Shown: piece by piece, positions 17,926 to 28,418 of the stretch
Numbering within the stretch: position 1 is the first letter of the stretch
Layout of the letters: every line of letters starts with the position of its first letter
Assembly (NCBI GenBank): GCA_963802205.1
Contig: CAWDHW010000017.1
Location: 803 to 64,802 of the forward strand
Length of the DNA stretch: 64,000 nt
Reading direction: 5' to 3'
Source: an uncultured Gammaproteobacteria bacterium
GTDB lineage: Bacteria > Pseudomonadota > Gammaproteobacteria > Chromatiales > Chromatiaceae
Program-made: the position numbers and the translations under genes
The notes under the pieces: model-generated
The model's input: only the letters and a program-made list of their open reading frames with translations
Told to the model about the DNA's origin: nothing
The model's database searches: none

Positions 17926-18417
17926 ATGGATTCAGAAACTCCGGTGCTGACCCAAGCCATGGCGCGGGCGGAGGCCCTGTGCAACGGGCGCGGTGCGCGT
18001 TTGACCGACCAGCGTCGTCAGGTGCTTGAGATCGTCTGCCGTGCGGAGCGCCCGATCGGCGCATACGAAATCCTCGATGCGATGCGTGCCGATGTGCGCA
18101 AGGCAGCCCCGACGATGGTCTATCGGGCCTTGGATTTCCTTCTGGAGCAGGGCCTTATTCATCGCCTGGAGACGCTGCACGCCTTCATCGGCTGTACCCA
18201 CCCGGAACACCCGCACACCAGCCAGTTCCTGATCTGCACTGACTGCGGCGGGGTGCGCGAGCTGGAGGACGGATTCATCCAGTGCAGCCTGCACGAGGCG
18301 GCCGAACAGAGCGGCTTCGCCCCGCGGCGGCGGGTGGTGGAGGTCATCGGGACCTGCGCCAATTGTACCCGCAAGTCGGGCTCTGACCCGGTAGGCGAGC
18401 CGGGAGCGCTCAGGTGA
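17926..18417 (+). CDS. zur: Fur-family zinc uptake regulator
   Basis: Winged-helix segment (RLTDQRRQVLEIV...AYEILD...VYRALDFLLEQGLIHRL), then HAFIGC...FLICTDCG...CANC structural and sensing Cys/His sites. It is embedded among zinc-uptake genes. Confidence 0.85.
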   Translation: MDSETPVLTQAMARAEALCNGRGARLTDQRRQVLEIVCRAERPIGAYEILDAMRADVRKAAPTMVYRALDFLLEQGLIHRLETLHAFIGCTHPEHPHTSQFLICTDCGGVRELEDGFIQCSLHEAAEQSGFAPRRRVVEVIGTCANCTRKSGSDPVGEPGALR

Positions 18418-19178
18418 AGGCCGCGAGGCCTGCCTCGGACGAGGCCCCGGATCAGCCACCGGATCAGGCCCAGACCCCGGTCATCGCCATCCGCGACCTG
18501 GCCTTCCGCTGGGGACCCGAGTCCCCGGTGGTCCTGGCCCTGAATGCCCTGGACGTGGCCCCCGGGGAGCGCGTCTTTATCGAAGGGCCGAGCGGGAGCG
18601 GCAAGAGCACCCTGTTGAGCCTGTTGGCCGCGGTGGCCAGGCCCGTCAATGGGCAGGTTCGCGTCTTGGGCCAGGATCTGGAGGGGCTCGGTGCGGGAGC
18701 GCGCGACCGCTTCCGCGCCGATCACGTCGGCTACATCTTCCAGATGTTCAATCTGATCCCTTATCTCTCCATGGTGGAGAACGTCCTGCTCCCGGCGCGC
18801 TTCTCCCGGCGCCGGCGGGACCGCGCCCTGGTGCGTACCGGGTCCCTGGAGGCGGAGGCCCTGCGCCTGCTGGGGCATCTGGATATGGACGACCCCGAAC
18901 TGCGGGCACGCCCCGTCACGGCGTTGAGCGTGGGCCAACAGCAGCGGGTGGCCGCCGCCCGTGCCCTGCTTGGGTCCCCGGCGCTTCTCATCGCCGACGA
19001 GCCGACCTCGGCCCTGGACGCCGACCGCCGCGAGTCCTTCGTCCGACTGTTGTTCGAGGAATGCCGGGAGGCACGCGCGACCCTGGTCTTCGTCAGCCAC
19101 GACGCCACCCTGGAGGGTCTGTTCGACCGGACCATCCGCCTGGCCGCCATCAACCGCGCAGCAAAGCGCCGGGCCTGA
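18414..19178 (+). CDS. ABC transporter ATP-binding protein (ZrgB-like, MacB/LolD-type)
   Basis: Walker A GPSGSGKST, Q-loop, signature LSVGQQQRVAAARAL and Walker B LLIADEPTSALD. GTGA overlap with the zur stop. Confidence 0.85.
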   Translation: MKAARPASDEAPDQPPDQAQTPVIAIRDLAFRWGPESPVVLALNALDVAPGERVFIEGPSGSGKSTLLSLLAAVARPVNGQVRVLGQDLEGLGAGARDRFRADHVGYIFQMFNLIPYLSMVENVLLPARFSRRRRDRALVRTGSLEAEALRLLGHLDMDDPELRARPVTALSVGQQQRVAAARALLGSPALLIADEPTSALDADRRESFVRLLFEECREARATLVFVSHDATLEGLFDRTIRLAAINRAAKRRA

Positions 19179-19182
19179 CGCC

Positions 19183-20442
19183 ATGCCCATCCTCATGCTG
19201 GCCTGGAAGAGCCTGTGGAATCGCCGCTTCACCGCGGCCCTGACCCTGGCTTCGATTGCCATGAGCGTGGCCCTGTTGATCGGGGTAGAGCGGGTGCGCA
19301 CGCAGACCCGGGCCAGCTTCGCCAGCACCATCTCGGGGACCGACCTCATCGTCGGGGCCCGCAGCGGTGGCGTCCAACTCCTGCTCTATACGGTCTTTCG
19401 CATCGGAAATCCCACCAACAACCTGTCCTGGAAGAGCCTCCAGGACATCGCCGCCCTGCCCAAGGTCGCCTGGACGGTGCCGCTGTCCCTGGGTGACTCC
19501 CATCGCGGCTACCGCGTGCTGGGCACCACCACGGGCTTTTTCGAGCACTACCGCTTTGCCCGCGACCGGGGCCTGACCTTCACCGCGGGCGGGCCCTTCG
19601 CCGATCTCTACGACGCGGTCCTCGGGGCCGAGGTGGCGGAGCGCCTGGGCTATCGCATCGGCGACCCCATCGTGGTCGCACACGGGGCCGGCGACGTGAG
19701 CTTTGCACGCCACGACGACAAGCCCTTCCGCGTCGCCGGCATCCTTCGCCGTACCGGGACCCCGGTGGACCGCACCCTGCATGTGAGCCTCGAGGCCATC
19801 GAGGCGATTCATGCCGACTGGCAGGGCGGGGCGCCGGTCCCGGGGGCCAAGGTCTCCGCCGATGGCGCCCGCGCCCTGGACCTGACCCCCAAGGCGGTCA
19901 CCGCGGCCCTGGTGGGGCTCAGGTCCAAGGTCGCCACCTTCCAGGTCCAGCGTGCGGTCAACGATTACCGACAGGAGCCGCTGACCGCGATCCTGCCCGG
20001 GGTGGCCCTGGCCGAGCTTTGGGGTCTGATGGGGGTGGCGGAGAACGCCCTGCTGGTGGTGTCCGCCTGCGTGGTGGTGGTGGGGCTGTTCGGGATGCTC
20101 GCGGTGCTGCTCGCCGGGCTCAACGAGCGGCGCCGGGAGCTTGCCATCCTGCGCTCGGTCGGGGCCAGACCCGGACACCTCTTCGGCCTGATTATGGGTG
20201 AGGCCCTGTGCCTGACCGGGCTGGGGATCGGCGTGGGGCTCGGGCTCCTGTATCTGCTCCTGGCCCTGGCCAGGCCACTGGTGGAGGCCCGCTACGGGAT
20301 CTGGCTGGGGCTGGGCGGCCTGTCCGGCTATGAGGCCGGCTTGCTCGGCGCCGTGATCCTGGCGGGCGCCTTGGCGGGGTCCATCCCGGCCTGGCGGGCC
20401 TACCGCCTGTCGCTGGCAGATGGGCTCTCTCCGCGGGTCTGA
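19183..20442 (+). CDS. ABC transporter permease, FtsX/MacB-type (ZrgC-like)
   Basis: ATG 19183. N-terminal TM, a large periplasmic domain and a C-terminal FtsX-like 3-TM bundle (NERRRELAILRSVGARPGHLF...). Confidence 0.85.
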   Translation: MPILMLAWKSLWNRRFTAALTLASIAMSVALLIGVERVRTQTRASFASTISGTDLIVGARSGGVQLLLYTVFRIGNPTNNLSWKSLQDIAALPKVAWTVPLSLGDSHRGYRVLGTTTGFFEHYRFARDRGLTFTAGGPFADLYDAVLGAEVAERLGYRIGDPIVVAHGAGDVSFARHDDKPFRVAGILRRTGTPVDRTLHVSLEAIEAIHADWQGGAPVPGAKVSADGARALDLTPKAVTAALVGLRSKVATFQVQRAVNDYRQEPLTAILPGVALAELWGLMGVAENALLVVSACVVVVGLFGMLAVLLAGLNERRRELAILRSVGARPGHLFGLIMGEALCLTGLGIGVGLGLLYLLLALARPLVEARYGIWLGLGGLSGYEAGLLGAVILAGALAGSIPAWRAYRLSLADGLSPRV

Positions 20443-20511
20443 CGGGTCTGGGCCTCGTGCCCTACAATCGGGGACAATAGGTCCCAGTCTCAATCAGCAG
20501 TACCCATCACC

Positions 20512-21135
20512 ATGAACCCTATCGTCCAGACCGCCGCCGCCCTGATCTTAAGCATCGGCCTGCTAACCGCCTGTAGCGACGCCCCCGACTCCGAGACCGG
20601 CGACCGGGCGGCCGGGTCGGGCCAGACGACGCAGGTCGATACCGGGCCTGGAAACGCTGGCGACTTCACCGAGCTGGACTGGGAGGCCCTGATCCCTCCG
20701 GAGTGGCGCCCGGACAAGCTCATGGCGGATTACAAGGTGGACGACCTGGCGGACGACGACCCCCGCGCTCAGGAGTTGATGGAGAAGCTCCAGGGCTTGT
20801 GGCAGCAGGCCCCTGTGGTCCCTGATCTGGACGGGCAACGGGTCCGGCTGCCGGGATTCGTGGTTCCGCTGGAGGCGGATGCACAGACCATGGCGGAGTT
20901 CCTGCTGGTGCCCTACTACGGGGCCTGCATCCATGTCCCCCCGCCGCCGGCCAATCAGACGGTGCATGTGGTCACCGCCAAGGGTGGGGAATACCACGGC
21001 GGGCTCTTCGATACCGTCTGGGTCAATGGAACCCTCAAGGTCGAACGCCTTTCCAGCGAGTTGGGCGACGCCGGCTACCGGATCGACGCGGTCCTGGTGG
21101 AGCCCTACGAGGGAGAACCTGGGGTCGGGCTGTGA
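20512..21135 (+). CDS. DUF3299-domain lipoprotein (ZrgD-like)
   Basis: Lipobox LLTAC. The segment FLLVPYYGACIHVPPPPANQTVHV...VWVNGTL is the DUF3299 signature. Confidence 0.8.
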   Translation: MNPIVQTAAALILSIGLLTACSDAPDSETGDRAAGSGQTTQVDTGPGNAGDFTELDWEALIPPEWRPDKLMADYKVDDLADDDPRAQELMEKLQGLWQQAPVVPDLDGQRVRLPGFVVPLEADAQTMAEFLLVPYYGACIHVPPPPANQTVHVVTAKGGEYHGGLFDTVWVNGTLKVERLSSELGDAGYRIDAVLVEPYEGEPGVGL

Positions 21136-21485
21136 CCCAGGGGTTCGGCGCCCGACTGGCGTCCTGGGCACGGCTCTCCCTGGTCTTGGCCACGGGCGTC
21201 GGGTATGGCGGCCAGGTCTGCGCCGCCGGGCCCTCCACCTCCTGCCACATCCACCCGCCCCAGCGGTCGGCGGGGGAGGAAACCCCGGCCGCCATCGTAG
21301 GCCCCTTCTCCCTGCTCGCGGACTGCCAGGCCGCTCGGGCGAGTCTCTTTGGCGAACTGGGTCGTTGCCACTGCACCACTGGATTCAGCCAAGGCTGGGC
21401 GAGCACGGGTGGTCAGGCTCCGGCATCGGGGCCTGACTCTGCACCCGCGGCACCTGGGCCCCGGCGGGATGGTGCCTTGCCCTAG
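21132..21485 (+). CDS. Small secreted Cys-containing hypothetical protein (occupies the zrgE position)
   Basis: GTG overlaps the upstream stop. Signal-like N-terminus LASWARLSLVLATGVGYG and 4 Cys. No family recognised; called on coupling and position only. Confidence 0.35.
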   Translation: MTQGFGARLASWARLSLVLATGVGYGGQVCAAGPSTSCHIHPPQRSAGEETPAAIVGPFSLLADCQAARASLFGELGRCHCTTGFSQGWASTGGQAPASGPDSAPAAPGPRRDGALP

Positions 21486-21548
21486 GCCCCCATGGGGGCT
21501 GCCTGCGGCCGCGATTGGCCCTCTCGGCTGCGCGTTTTCTGGTTGCGG

Positions 21549-22244
21549 TCAGGCTGGTCCTGGGGGACGGCGGTCGGCCAGCCCGGTCAGGTCCCACAAG
21601 GCCGCGACCTCGGTGCGTAGGGCGGCGACCTGCACCTCCAGGGTGGCGATGCGCTCATCCCGCGCATCTTGGCGGGCGGAGACGGGTTGCACGGCCGGGT
21701 CTTTGCCGGAGACAAGCGCCTCCTGCTGAGGAATGCCGCACAGGAGGTGGGCGAAGCGATCCTCCCGTTTGCCCGGGAGGCGGGTGACCAGTGGGTCGCT
21801 GCGCTCGCCGAGGCGCCGCACCACTTCCGCCACCGCCGGCAGATCCGCGAACTCCGCCATGCGTCCAGTGTTGGTGCGCAACTCCCCGAGGGTCTGGGGC
21901 CCACGCAGCATCAGCGTGCACAGCACGGCCTGCTCCTGGCGGTCGAGGTGAAAGTGCGACGCCATCTTGTGGTCGTAGCGCTCGGTGCGCCCGGCGAAGC
22001 TGGCGTAGACCAGGTTTCGGTCGCGCAGGGTGTTTACCACATGCCCGACCTCACCGACCTCCAGGTTCATGACCGGATCGCGGCTGGTCTTTTGGTTGCA
22101 GGCCAGGACCAGGGCATTGAGGGTCAAGGGGTATTGGTCGGGGGTGGTGCGCTGCTTCTCCATGAGGCCGGCCAGGATACGGGCCTCGATCGGGGAAAGT
22201 TGGGGCTCGGTGTCTTTGTGGATGGTTTCGGTCTCTGTGGTCAT
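21549..22244 (-). CDS. yceH: YceH-family (DUF480) protein
   Basis: LSPIEARILAGLMEKQRTTPDQYPLTLNALVLACNQKTSRDPVMNL...LRGPQTLGELRTNTGRM matches the tandem winged-helix YceH pattern, with a C-terminal coiled segment. Confidence 0.85.
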   Translation of the reverse strand: MTTETETIHKDTEPQLSPIEARILAGLMEKQRTTPDQYPLTLNALVLACNQKTSRDPVMNLEVGEVGHVVNTLRDRNLVYASFAGRTERYDHKMASHFHLDRQEQAVLCTLMLRGPQTLGELRTNTGRMAEFADLPAVAEVVRRLGERSDPLVTRLPGKREDRFAHLLCGIPQQEALVSGKDPAVQPVSARQDARDERIATLEVQVAALRTEVAALWDLTGLADRRPPGPA

Positions 22245-22515
22245 CTCTGCGGCTCCTGCTCGGGACGAAACCCCAGGGCGACCTCGCCTTGCTATCGGGG
22301 CTTGGGACTGGACGCCAATCCTACCAAGAAGTCCGCAGCGGCAGGACCTGAGTCCGGCCCTATGCCGGGCGGGGCACGCGCCCCGTCCGGAACGTCTTGA
22401 TGTTTCCGCGAAGCCATCGAATAGCCTGAAACACCGAATCTTCAGGACGGTGTTGCAAACCCCTGCCCGTTGAGGGGTTCACCGATGGCTGATGCGGTCC
22501 CGTCTCTGGGCGCAA

Positions 22516-24162
22516 TCAGGTTCGATGCCGCAGAAAATACTCCAGCAGGGTTTGGGTGGAGCTGTCGTGGGGACAACTCACACGACCGTCTTCGATCTCT
22601 CTGAGGATGACCGAGGCGAGCTGTTTGCCCAGCTCCACGCCCCACTGATCGTAGGAGTTGACCCCCCAGACCACGCCCTGGACGAAGATGCGGTGCTCGT
22701 ACATGGCCACCAGTGCCCCCAGGGTGCGCGGCGTGAGGCGCTCCATCAGAATACTGTTGGTGGGGCGGTTGCCGGGAAAGGTGCGGTGGGGTGCCAGTTC
22801 CGCGGCGCGCTCCGGGCTTATGCCCTCCGCCTCCATCTCGGCCAGCGCCTCCCCCTCGGTCCGCCCGCGCATTAGGGCCTCGGTCTGAGCGAAGAAGTTG
22901 GCCATGAGCTTGGCGTGGTGATCCCCCACGGGATTTTGACTGTGGATGGGGGCGATGAAATCCGAGGGGATCATCTGGGTTCCCTGGTGGATGAGCTGGT
23001 AGAAGGCGTGCTGGCCGTCGGTGCCAGGCTCGCCCCAGACCACCGGACCCGTGGTGTATTCCACCGCTACCCCGTCGCGGGTGACGCGCTTGCCGTTGCT
23101 CTCCATGTCCCCCTGTTGCAGATAGGCGGCGAGCCGGCCCAGGTACTGGTCGTAGGGCAGCACGGCATGGGTACGGGCACCGGCGAAGTTGGCATACCAG
23201 ACCCCGATGAGGGCGAGGATGGCGGGTAGGTTTTCGTTCAACGCGGCGCTGCGGAAGTGCTCGTCCATGTCGTGGGCACCGGCGAGGAGTTCGCAGAAGT
23301 TCTCGTAACCGATGGCGAGCGCGATGGGCAGCCCGATGGCGGACCACAGCGAGTAGCGCCCGCCGACCCAGTCCCAGAAGCCGAACATGTGGTTGGTGTC
23401 GATGCCGAAGGCGGCCACGCGCGCGGCGCTGGTGGACACCGCAACGAAGTGGTCGGAGACCGCCGCCGTGTCGCGCAGGGCCGCGATCAGCCAGTCGCGG
23501 GCGCTGTGGGCGTTGGTCATGGTCTCCTGGGTGGTGAAGGTCTTGGAGGCGACCACGAACAGGGTGGTGGCAGGGTTAAGGTGGCGGATGGTCTCCGCCA
23601 GGTGGGTGCCGTCCACGTTGGAGACGAAGTGGACCCGTAACTCCGGCGACTGATAGGGCTTGAGGGCCTCGCACACCATGAGCGGCCCCAGGTTGGACCC
23701 GCCGATGCCGATGTTGACCACGTCAGTGATGCGTTCCCCGGTGTAGCCGCGCCACTCGCCACTGCGCACCTGGCGTGTGAAGGCCTCCATCTGCGCCAGG
23801 ACGGCATTGATCTGGGGCATCACGTCATGGCCATCGACGAAGATGGGCCGGTTGGAGCGGTTGCGCAGGGCCACATGCAGGACGGCTCGATCCTCGGTGT
23901 TGTTGATGTGGTCGCCGGCAAACATGCGCCGGATCCAGCCCTGGAGGTCCACCGCTCCGGCCAGCTCGAATAGCAGTCCGAGGGTTTCCTGGGTGATGAG
24001 GTTCTTGGAGTAATCGACATGGAGCCCCGCCGCGTTCAGAGTCATCTCAAGGGGGCGGCGGGGATCCTGCTCGAACAGGTGGCGCAGGTGGACTTTGCCC
24101 ATCTCCTGCCAGTGCTGTTCCAGGGCGCGCCAGGCGGCGGTGTGGTTGACGAGCGGGGTCAT
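22516..24162 (-). CDS. pgi: Glucose-6-phosphate isomerase
   Basis: 548 aa containing [24 protein letters not shown] and [18 protein letters not shown], which are PGI signatures. Confidence 0.95.
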   Translation of the reverse strand: MTPLVNHTAAWRALEQHWQEMGKVHLRHLFEQDPRRPLEMTLNAAGLHVDYSKNLITQETLGLLFELAGAVDLQGWIRRMFAGDHINNTEDRAVLHVALRNRSNRPIFVDGHDVMPQINAVLAQMEAFTRQVRSGEWRGYTGERITDVVNIGIGGSNLGPLMVCEALKPYQSPELRVHFVSNVDGTHLAETIRHLNPATTLFVVASKTFTTQETMTNAHSARDWLIAALRDTAAVSDHFVAVSTSAARVAAFGIDTNHMFGFWDWVGGRYSLWSAIGLPIALAIGYENFCELLAGAHDMDEHFRSAALNENLPAILALIGVWYANFAGARTHAVLPYDQYLGRLAAYLQQGDMESNGKRVTRDGVAVEYTTGPVVWGEPGTDGQHAFYQLIHQGTQMIPSDFIAPIHSQNPVGDHHAKLMANFFAQTEALMRGRTEGEALAEMEAEGISPERAAELAPHRTFPGNRPTNSILMERLTPRTLGALVAMYEHRIFVQGVVWGVNSYDQWGVELGKQLASVILREIEDGRVSCPHDSSTQTLLEYFLRHRT

Positions 24163-24244
24163 CGCGTACTCCTTAAGGGCTTGAGTTGTTCACGTCGCCG
24201 GTCGCGTGAGGCGGCCTCCGGCAGCGGGGCGAATGGGGTCGGAT

Positions 24245-25717
24245 CTAGCCGTCCAGGCCGTTGCGCCAGTCCTGGTCCTCGCGGTCGAACAGGCGGTTGG
24301 CCTCCGCCGGTCCCCAGGTCCCGGCTGGGTAGGTGTGGATGTAGTCGCGCTCCGTGGCCCAGAGCTTGAGTACGGGGTCCACCACCCGCCAGGCCCAATT
24401 CACCTCATCGTAACGCAGGAATAGGGCGTGGTCGCCCTCGATGACGTCGAGGATCAGGGCCTCGTAGGCGTCGATCTGATCCGGGGCCAGGTTGCACGAG
24501 CTGGCGTCGAGGCGTTCGGTCTGGGTGCGTAGCTCCAGACCCGGCTGCTTGACCTGGATCTCCAGGCGCATGCACTCGCTGGGCTGAATGTTGAGCAAGA
24601 TCCAGTTGGGTCTGAGGGACTCGATGGCGGTATAGCGGAAGAGCTGCTGCGGCGGGTGCTTGAAGCGGATGGCGATCAGCGACTGGGTGCGTTCCATGCG
24701 CTTTCCGGTACGCAGGTAGAAGGGGACACCACGCCAGCGCCAGTTGTCGATGTAGAGCTTCAGTGCAGCGTAGGTCTCGGTGCTGCTGTTATGCCCGACC
24801 CCGGGCTCTTCGAGGTAGCCAGGCAGTTTGTCGGGTCCGACTTGCCCGCCGCGGTACTGGGCGCGGAAGGCATGGGCATGGACCGCCTCCCGCGGAATGG
24901 GGCGGATGGAGCGCAGGACCTTGACCTTCTCGTCACGCAGGGCTTCGGAGTCCAGACACGGCGGTGGCTCCATGGCCACCAGGGTCAGAACCTGCAACAG
25001 GTGGCTCTGAATCATGTCGCGCATGGCCCCGACCCCGTCGTAGAAACCCGCACGCTCCTCGATCCCTCGTGCCTCACTGTGGGAGATCTGCACATGATCG
25101 ATGTAGTTGCGATTCCAAAGGGGCTCCAGCAACAGGTTGGCAAAGCGGAAGACCAGGATGTTCTGGACCATGCTCTTGCCAAGGTAGTGGTCGATACGGT
25201 AGATCTGGTCCTCCCGGAAGTGGCGGTGCAGGCGCTCGTCCAGGATCTCCGCGCTTTCCAGGTCGTAGCCGAAGGGCTTTTCCACTACCAGGCGGGACCA
25301 CCCTGCCTGTTCCGCTTGCAGACCCTGGGTGGCCAGGTGCTGGGCCACGATGCCATAGTGGCCTGGGGCTATGGCGAGGTAGAAGATGCGGTTGGTGGGC
25401 AGTTCGGGAGTACTCAGGCGTTCGGCGAGGCGTGCGAAGCCAGATGGGTCCTCCAGATCGCCACTGACGAAGCCCAGGCGCTCGCCAAGGCGCTCCGCCA
25501 CCGATGGGTCCAGATTCGCCCCGATGCGCTGGGTCAGCGTGGCACTGACCTCCTGGCGCCAGTCGGCGTCGGACCAATCGCGCCGGCCGAAGCCCAGGAT
25601 GCGCGTCTGGGGTGCCAGCCTGGCCGCCCTTTCGAGCTGGTAGAGGGCCGGTAACAGTTTGATTTTGGCGAGATTTCCCGTCGCGCCGAAGATCACGAGG
25701 GTACAGGCTTCGTTCAT
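24245..25717 (-). CDS. zwf: Glucose-6-phosphate 1-dehydrogenase
   Basis: 490 aa with NADP motif [12 protein letters not shown] and active-site segment RIDHYLGK. Confidence 0.95.
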   Translation of the reverse strand: MNEACTLVIFGATGNLAKIKLLPALYQLERAARLAPQTRILGFGRRDWSDADWRQEVSATLTQRIGANLDPSVAERLGERLGFVSGDLEDPSGFARLAERLSTPELPTNRIFYLAIAPGHYGIVAQHLATQGLQAEQAGWSRLVVEKPFGYDLESAEILDERLHRHFREDQIYRIDHYLGKSMVQNILVFRFANLLLEPLWNRNYIDHVQISHSEARGIEERAGFYDGVGAMRDMIQSHLLQVLTLVAMEPPPCLDSEALRDEKVKVLRSIRPIPREAVHAHAFRAQYRGGQVGPDKLPGYLEEPGVGHNSSTETYAALKLYIDNWRWRGVPFYLRTGKRMERTQSLIAIRFKHPPQQLFRYTAIESLRPNWILLNIQPSECMRLEIQVKQPGLELRTQTERLDASSCNLAPDQIDAYEALILDVIEGDHALFLRYDEVNWAWRVVDPVLKLWATERDYIHTYPAGTWGPAEANRLFDREDQDWRNGLDG

Positions 25718-25825
25718 CGGGAGCTATCTCCGGCGGATTGCCAGTGCAAAATTGTGATAATTTGGTCACCCCGCCCGCGCGAAGTCGCGCCGGCTCAATT
25801 CCCAGCGCGATGTCCAGAGGCAGCC

Positions 25826-27418
25826 ATGGAGCCGTCCACGCCTTCCCCGCGGCCCCCCCACCAGGCCAGGTTCGGGGCCCAGTCTCGGTCCCAGACTCGG
25901 CTGAGCCCCCGTCAGGGCCCCCAGGCCAGCGGCAGCGGGCTCAGTATCCTCATGGCCAGCAGCGAGGCCCACCCGCTGATCAAGACCGGCGGCCTGGCCG
26001 ACGTGGCCGCCAGCCTCCCGGCGGCCCTGGTCGAACTGGGGCACGACGCCAGGCTGATTATCCCAGCCTATCCGAAGGCGGTAAAACAGGTTCGCGAACT
26101 CAAGACGCTGTGCGAGATCCGGGTCCCCGGCGGCCATGAGGGGGTCCGCATTCTCGGCGGCCATCTTCCGGACACCTGGCTCCCGGTCTTTCTGGTGGAG
26201 GCCCCGGACCACTTCTGCCGCGAGGGGAGCCCCTACACCGACCTGTCCGGGCGCGATTGGGGCGACAACGCCGAGCGTTTTCTGCTCTTCAGCAGGGTGG
26301 TGGCGCGCATCGCACTCGGCCTGCCGGCTTTGGGCTGGCGCCCCCAGATTCTGCACTGCAACGATTGGCAGACGGGCCTGGCCCCGGCCCTGCTGAGCGA
26401 TCATGCCGATCGCCCGGCAACGATCTTTACGGTCCACAACCTCGCCTATCAGGGGCTGTTCGACCGTGCCACGTTCGACCGCCTGGGCCTGCCCCCGGGG
26501 CTGTGGGCGGTCAACGGGCTGGAGTTCCATCAACGCCTGTCCTTCATCAAGGGCGGCCTGGTATTCTCGGATCTGGTCAATACCGTCAGCCCGACCTATG
26601 CCGAAGAGGTGCGGCTGCCGCGCTACGGCTGTGGGCTCGATGGGTTGCTGCGCCAGCTCGGCGGGCGCTTTCGGGGGATCCTCAACGGCATCGACTACCA
26701 TGCCTGGGACCCCGCGACCGATTCCTCGATTCCCCAGCCCTATACCCCGGACAGCCTTCACCTCAAGGTGGAGAACAAGCTCGAACTCCAGCGCGAGTTT
26801 CGCCTGCCGCGCAGCGAGCGGGCGCCCCTGTTCGGCTACATCGGGCGCCTGGTGGAGCAGAAGGGGGTGGACATGATCCTGGATATGCTCCCGCGACTGA
26901 TGGATCGCCCGGATGTGCAGGTGATCCTCCAGAGTGCCGGGGACCTGCGCCTGGAGCGGGTGTTGCGGGATCTCGCCGCCGCCAATCCGGAGCGCATCGC
27001 CGTGCATACGGCCTACGACGAGGCCAGGGCACACCGCATCGAGGCCGGCTGCGACGCCTTCCTGATGCCCTCTCGCTTCGAGCCCTGCGGGCTCAATCAG
27101 ATGTACAGCCTGCGTTACGGGACCCTGCCGGTAGTTCACCGCACCGGGGGACTGGCGGACACCGTGGTCCATGCCTCGCCAGAGGCCCTGGCGGACGGCA
27201 GCGCCACCGGCTTTCTGTTCGACCAACCGACGGCGGAGTCCCTGTGGGGCGCGGTGCAGCAGGCGCTCGCCCTGTACCGGGACCAGCCGGACCTGTGGCG
27301 CGCCATGGCCCTGACGGGGATGGCCCAGGACTTTAGTTGGGAGCACAGTGCAGGGGAGTACGAGAATCTCTATCAGGAGGCCCTGGACCGGCGGCAGCAG
27401 GAGGCGCCGGCGGCCTGA
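25826..27418 (+). CDS. glgA: Glycogen synthase
   Basis: SEAHPLIKTGGLADV (KTGGL motif), HCNDWQTGL and PSRFEPCGLNQMY. The start is uncertain: ATG 25826, or ATG 25952 (MASSEAHPL), within ORF 25754..27418. Confidence 0.9.
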   Translation: MEPSTPSPRPPHQARFGAQSRSQTRLSPRQGPQASGSGLSILMASSEAHPLIKTGGLADVAASLPAALVELGHDARLIIPAYPKAVKQVRELKTLCEIRVPGGHEGVRILGGHLPDTWLPVFLVEAPDHFCREGSPYTDLSGRDWGDNAERFLLFSRVVARIALGLPALGWRPQILHCNDWQTGLAPALLSDHADRPATIFTVHNLAYQGLFDRATFDRLGLPPGLWAVNGLEFHQRLSFIKGGLVFSDLVNTVSPTYAEEVRLPRYGCGLDGLLRQLGGRFRGILNGIDYHAWDPATDSSIPQPYTPDSLHLKVENKLELQREFRLPRSERAPLFGYIGRLVEQKGVDMILDMLPRLMDRPDVQVILQSAGDLRLERVLRDLAAANPERIAVHTAYDEARAHRIEAGCDAFLMPSRFEPCGLNQMYSLRYGTLPVVHRTGGLADTVVHASPEALADGSATGFLFDQPTAESLWGAVQQALALYRDQPDLWRAMALTGMAQDFSWEHSAGEYENLYQEALDRRQQEAPAA

Positions 27419-27571
27419 TTGGGCCATGACGCTGGTAAAGAAGGTTGAGGAGTGGGGTCAGGCACTGAGTTCCGCCGCTGCCAATTCCCCTAAGCCCCCT
27501 TCTTCATGGGGGGCTCGTCAATTCACTTCCCTTGCAGCATTCGTTGCGTGCATGGCGGGTGTCAGTACCGC

Positions 27572-28312
27572 TCACCACCCGCGCCGGAAGACAAGGTCGT
27601 GGACGACGTGGCCCAAACGCTGGCCGCGGCGCTCGAACTTGGTCTCTGGACGTTCCGCCGGGCGCTCGCAATAGCCCCCGGCGGGGGCCGCGTTGACGAA
27701 GATGGGCGCGGCTTGCGTCATGACGGCGAGCATCTGCTCGGCGTAGGGGGTCCAGTCGGTGGCGGCATGGAAGGTGCCGCCGGGGCGCAGGACACGGGCC
27801 AGGGAGGCGACGAAGGCGGGGTTTAAGATCCGCCGTTTGTGGTGGCGCTGTTTGGGCCATGGGTCCGGGAAGAAGAGGTAGACCCCATCCAGGCTGGCGG
27901 CGGGGAGGCCCTTGGCCAGTAGCTCCACAGCGTCCTGGCGCAAGACCCGGACGTTATCCAGCTTGCGCCGGTCCAACTCAAGCAGGAGGTGGCCGACCCC
28001 AGGGCGGTGGACCTCGACCCCCAGGTAGCGCCGCTCCGGGTGGGCCTCGGCCATGGTGGCCAGGGTCTCGCCGTTGCCGAAGCCGATCTCCAGGTAGACC
28101 GGGGCGTTGGGGCCAAACAAGGCCTGCGGATCGAGCAGGGTCCCTGGGGTCCAGTCCAGCCCCAGGCGCGCCCAAAGCTCAGTAAAGGCGCGGTCCTGGG
28201 CCTGGGTCAGCCGCCCCTCGCGCAGGACAAAGCTGCGGATGGGGCGGTGCGGGTGGGCCGGGGGGGTGCCTGGACCGACAACGGGCTCGATCGGCTGGTC
28301 GTGGGGGTTCAC
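27572..28312 (-). CDS. trmB: tRNA (guanine-N7)-methyltransferase
   Basis: YLEIGFGNGE is the SAM motif, with FFPDPWPKQRHHKRR and a C-terminal ..TKFERRG segment, which are TrmB hallmarks. Confidence 0.9.
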   Translation of the reverse strand: MNPHDQPIEPVVGPGTPPAHPHRPIRSFVLREGRLTQAQDRAFTELWARLGLDWTPGTLLDPQALFGPNAPVYLEIGFGNGETLATMAEAHPERRYLGVEVHRPGVGHLLLELDRRKLDNVRVLRQDAVELLAKGLPAASLDGVYLFFPDPWPKQRHHKRRILNPAFVASLARVLRPGGTFHAATDWTPYAEQMLAVMTQAAPIFVNAAPAGGYCERPAERPETKFERRGQRLGHVVHDLVFRRGW

Positions 28313-28418
28313 TGGATGTGTACCTGCGGTGTGACGGTAAGTAGGACAGGATTTGGTGATGTCTCGGGATTGACCCTGTCCCGTTACCGTCGCCTGACCA
28401 GCGCATCTAAGTCAGGCG

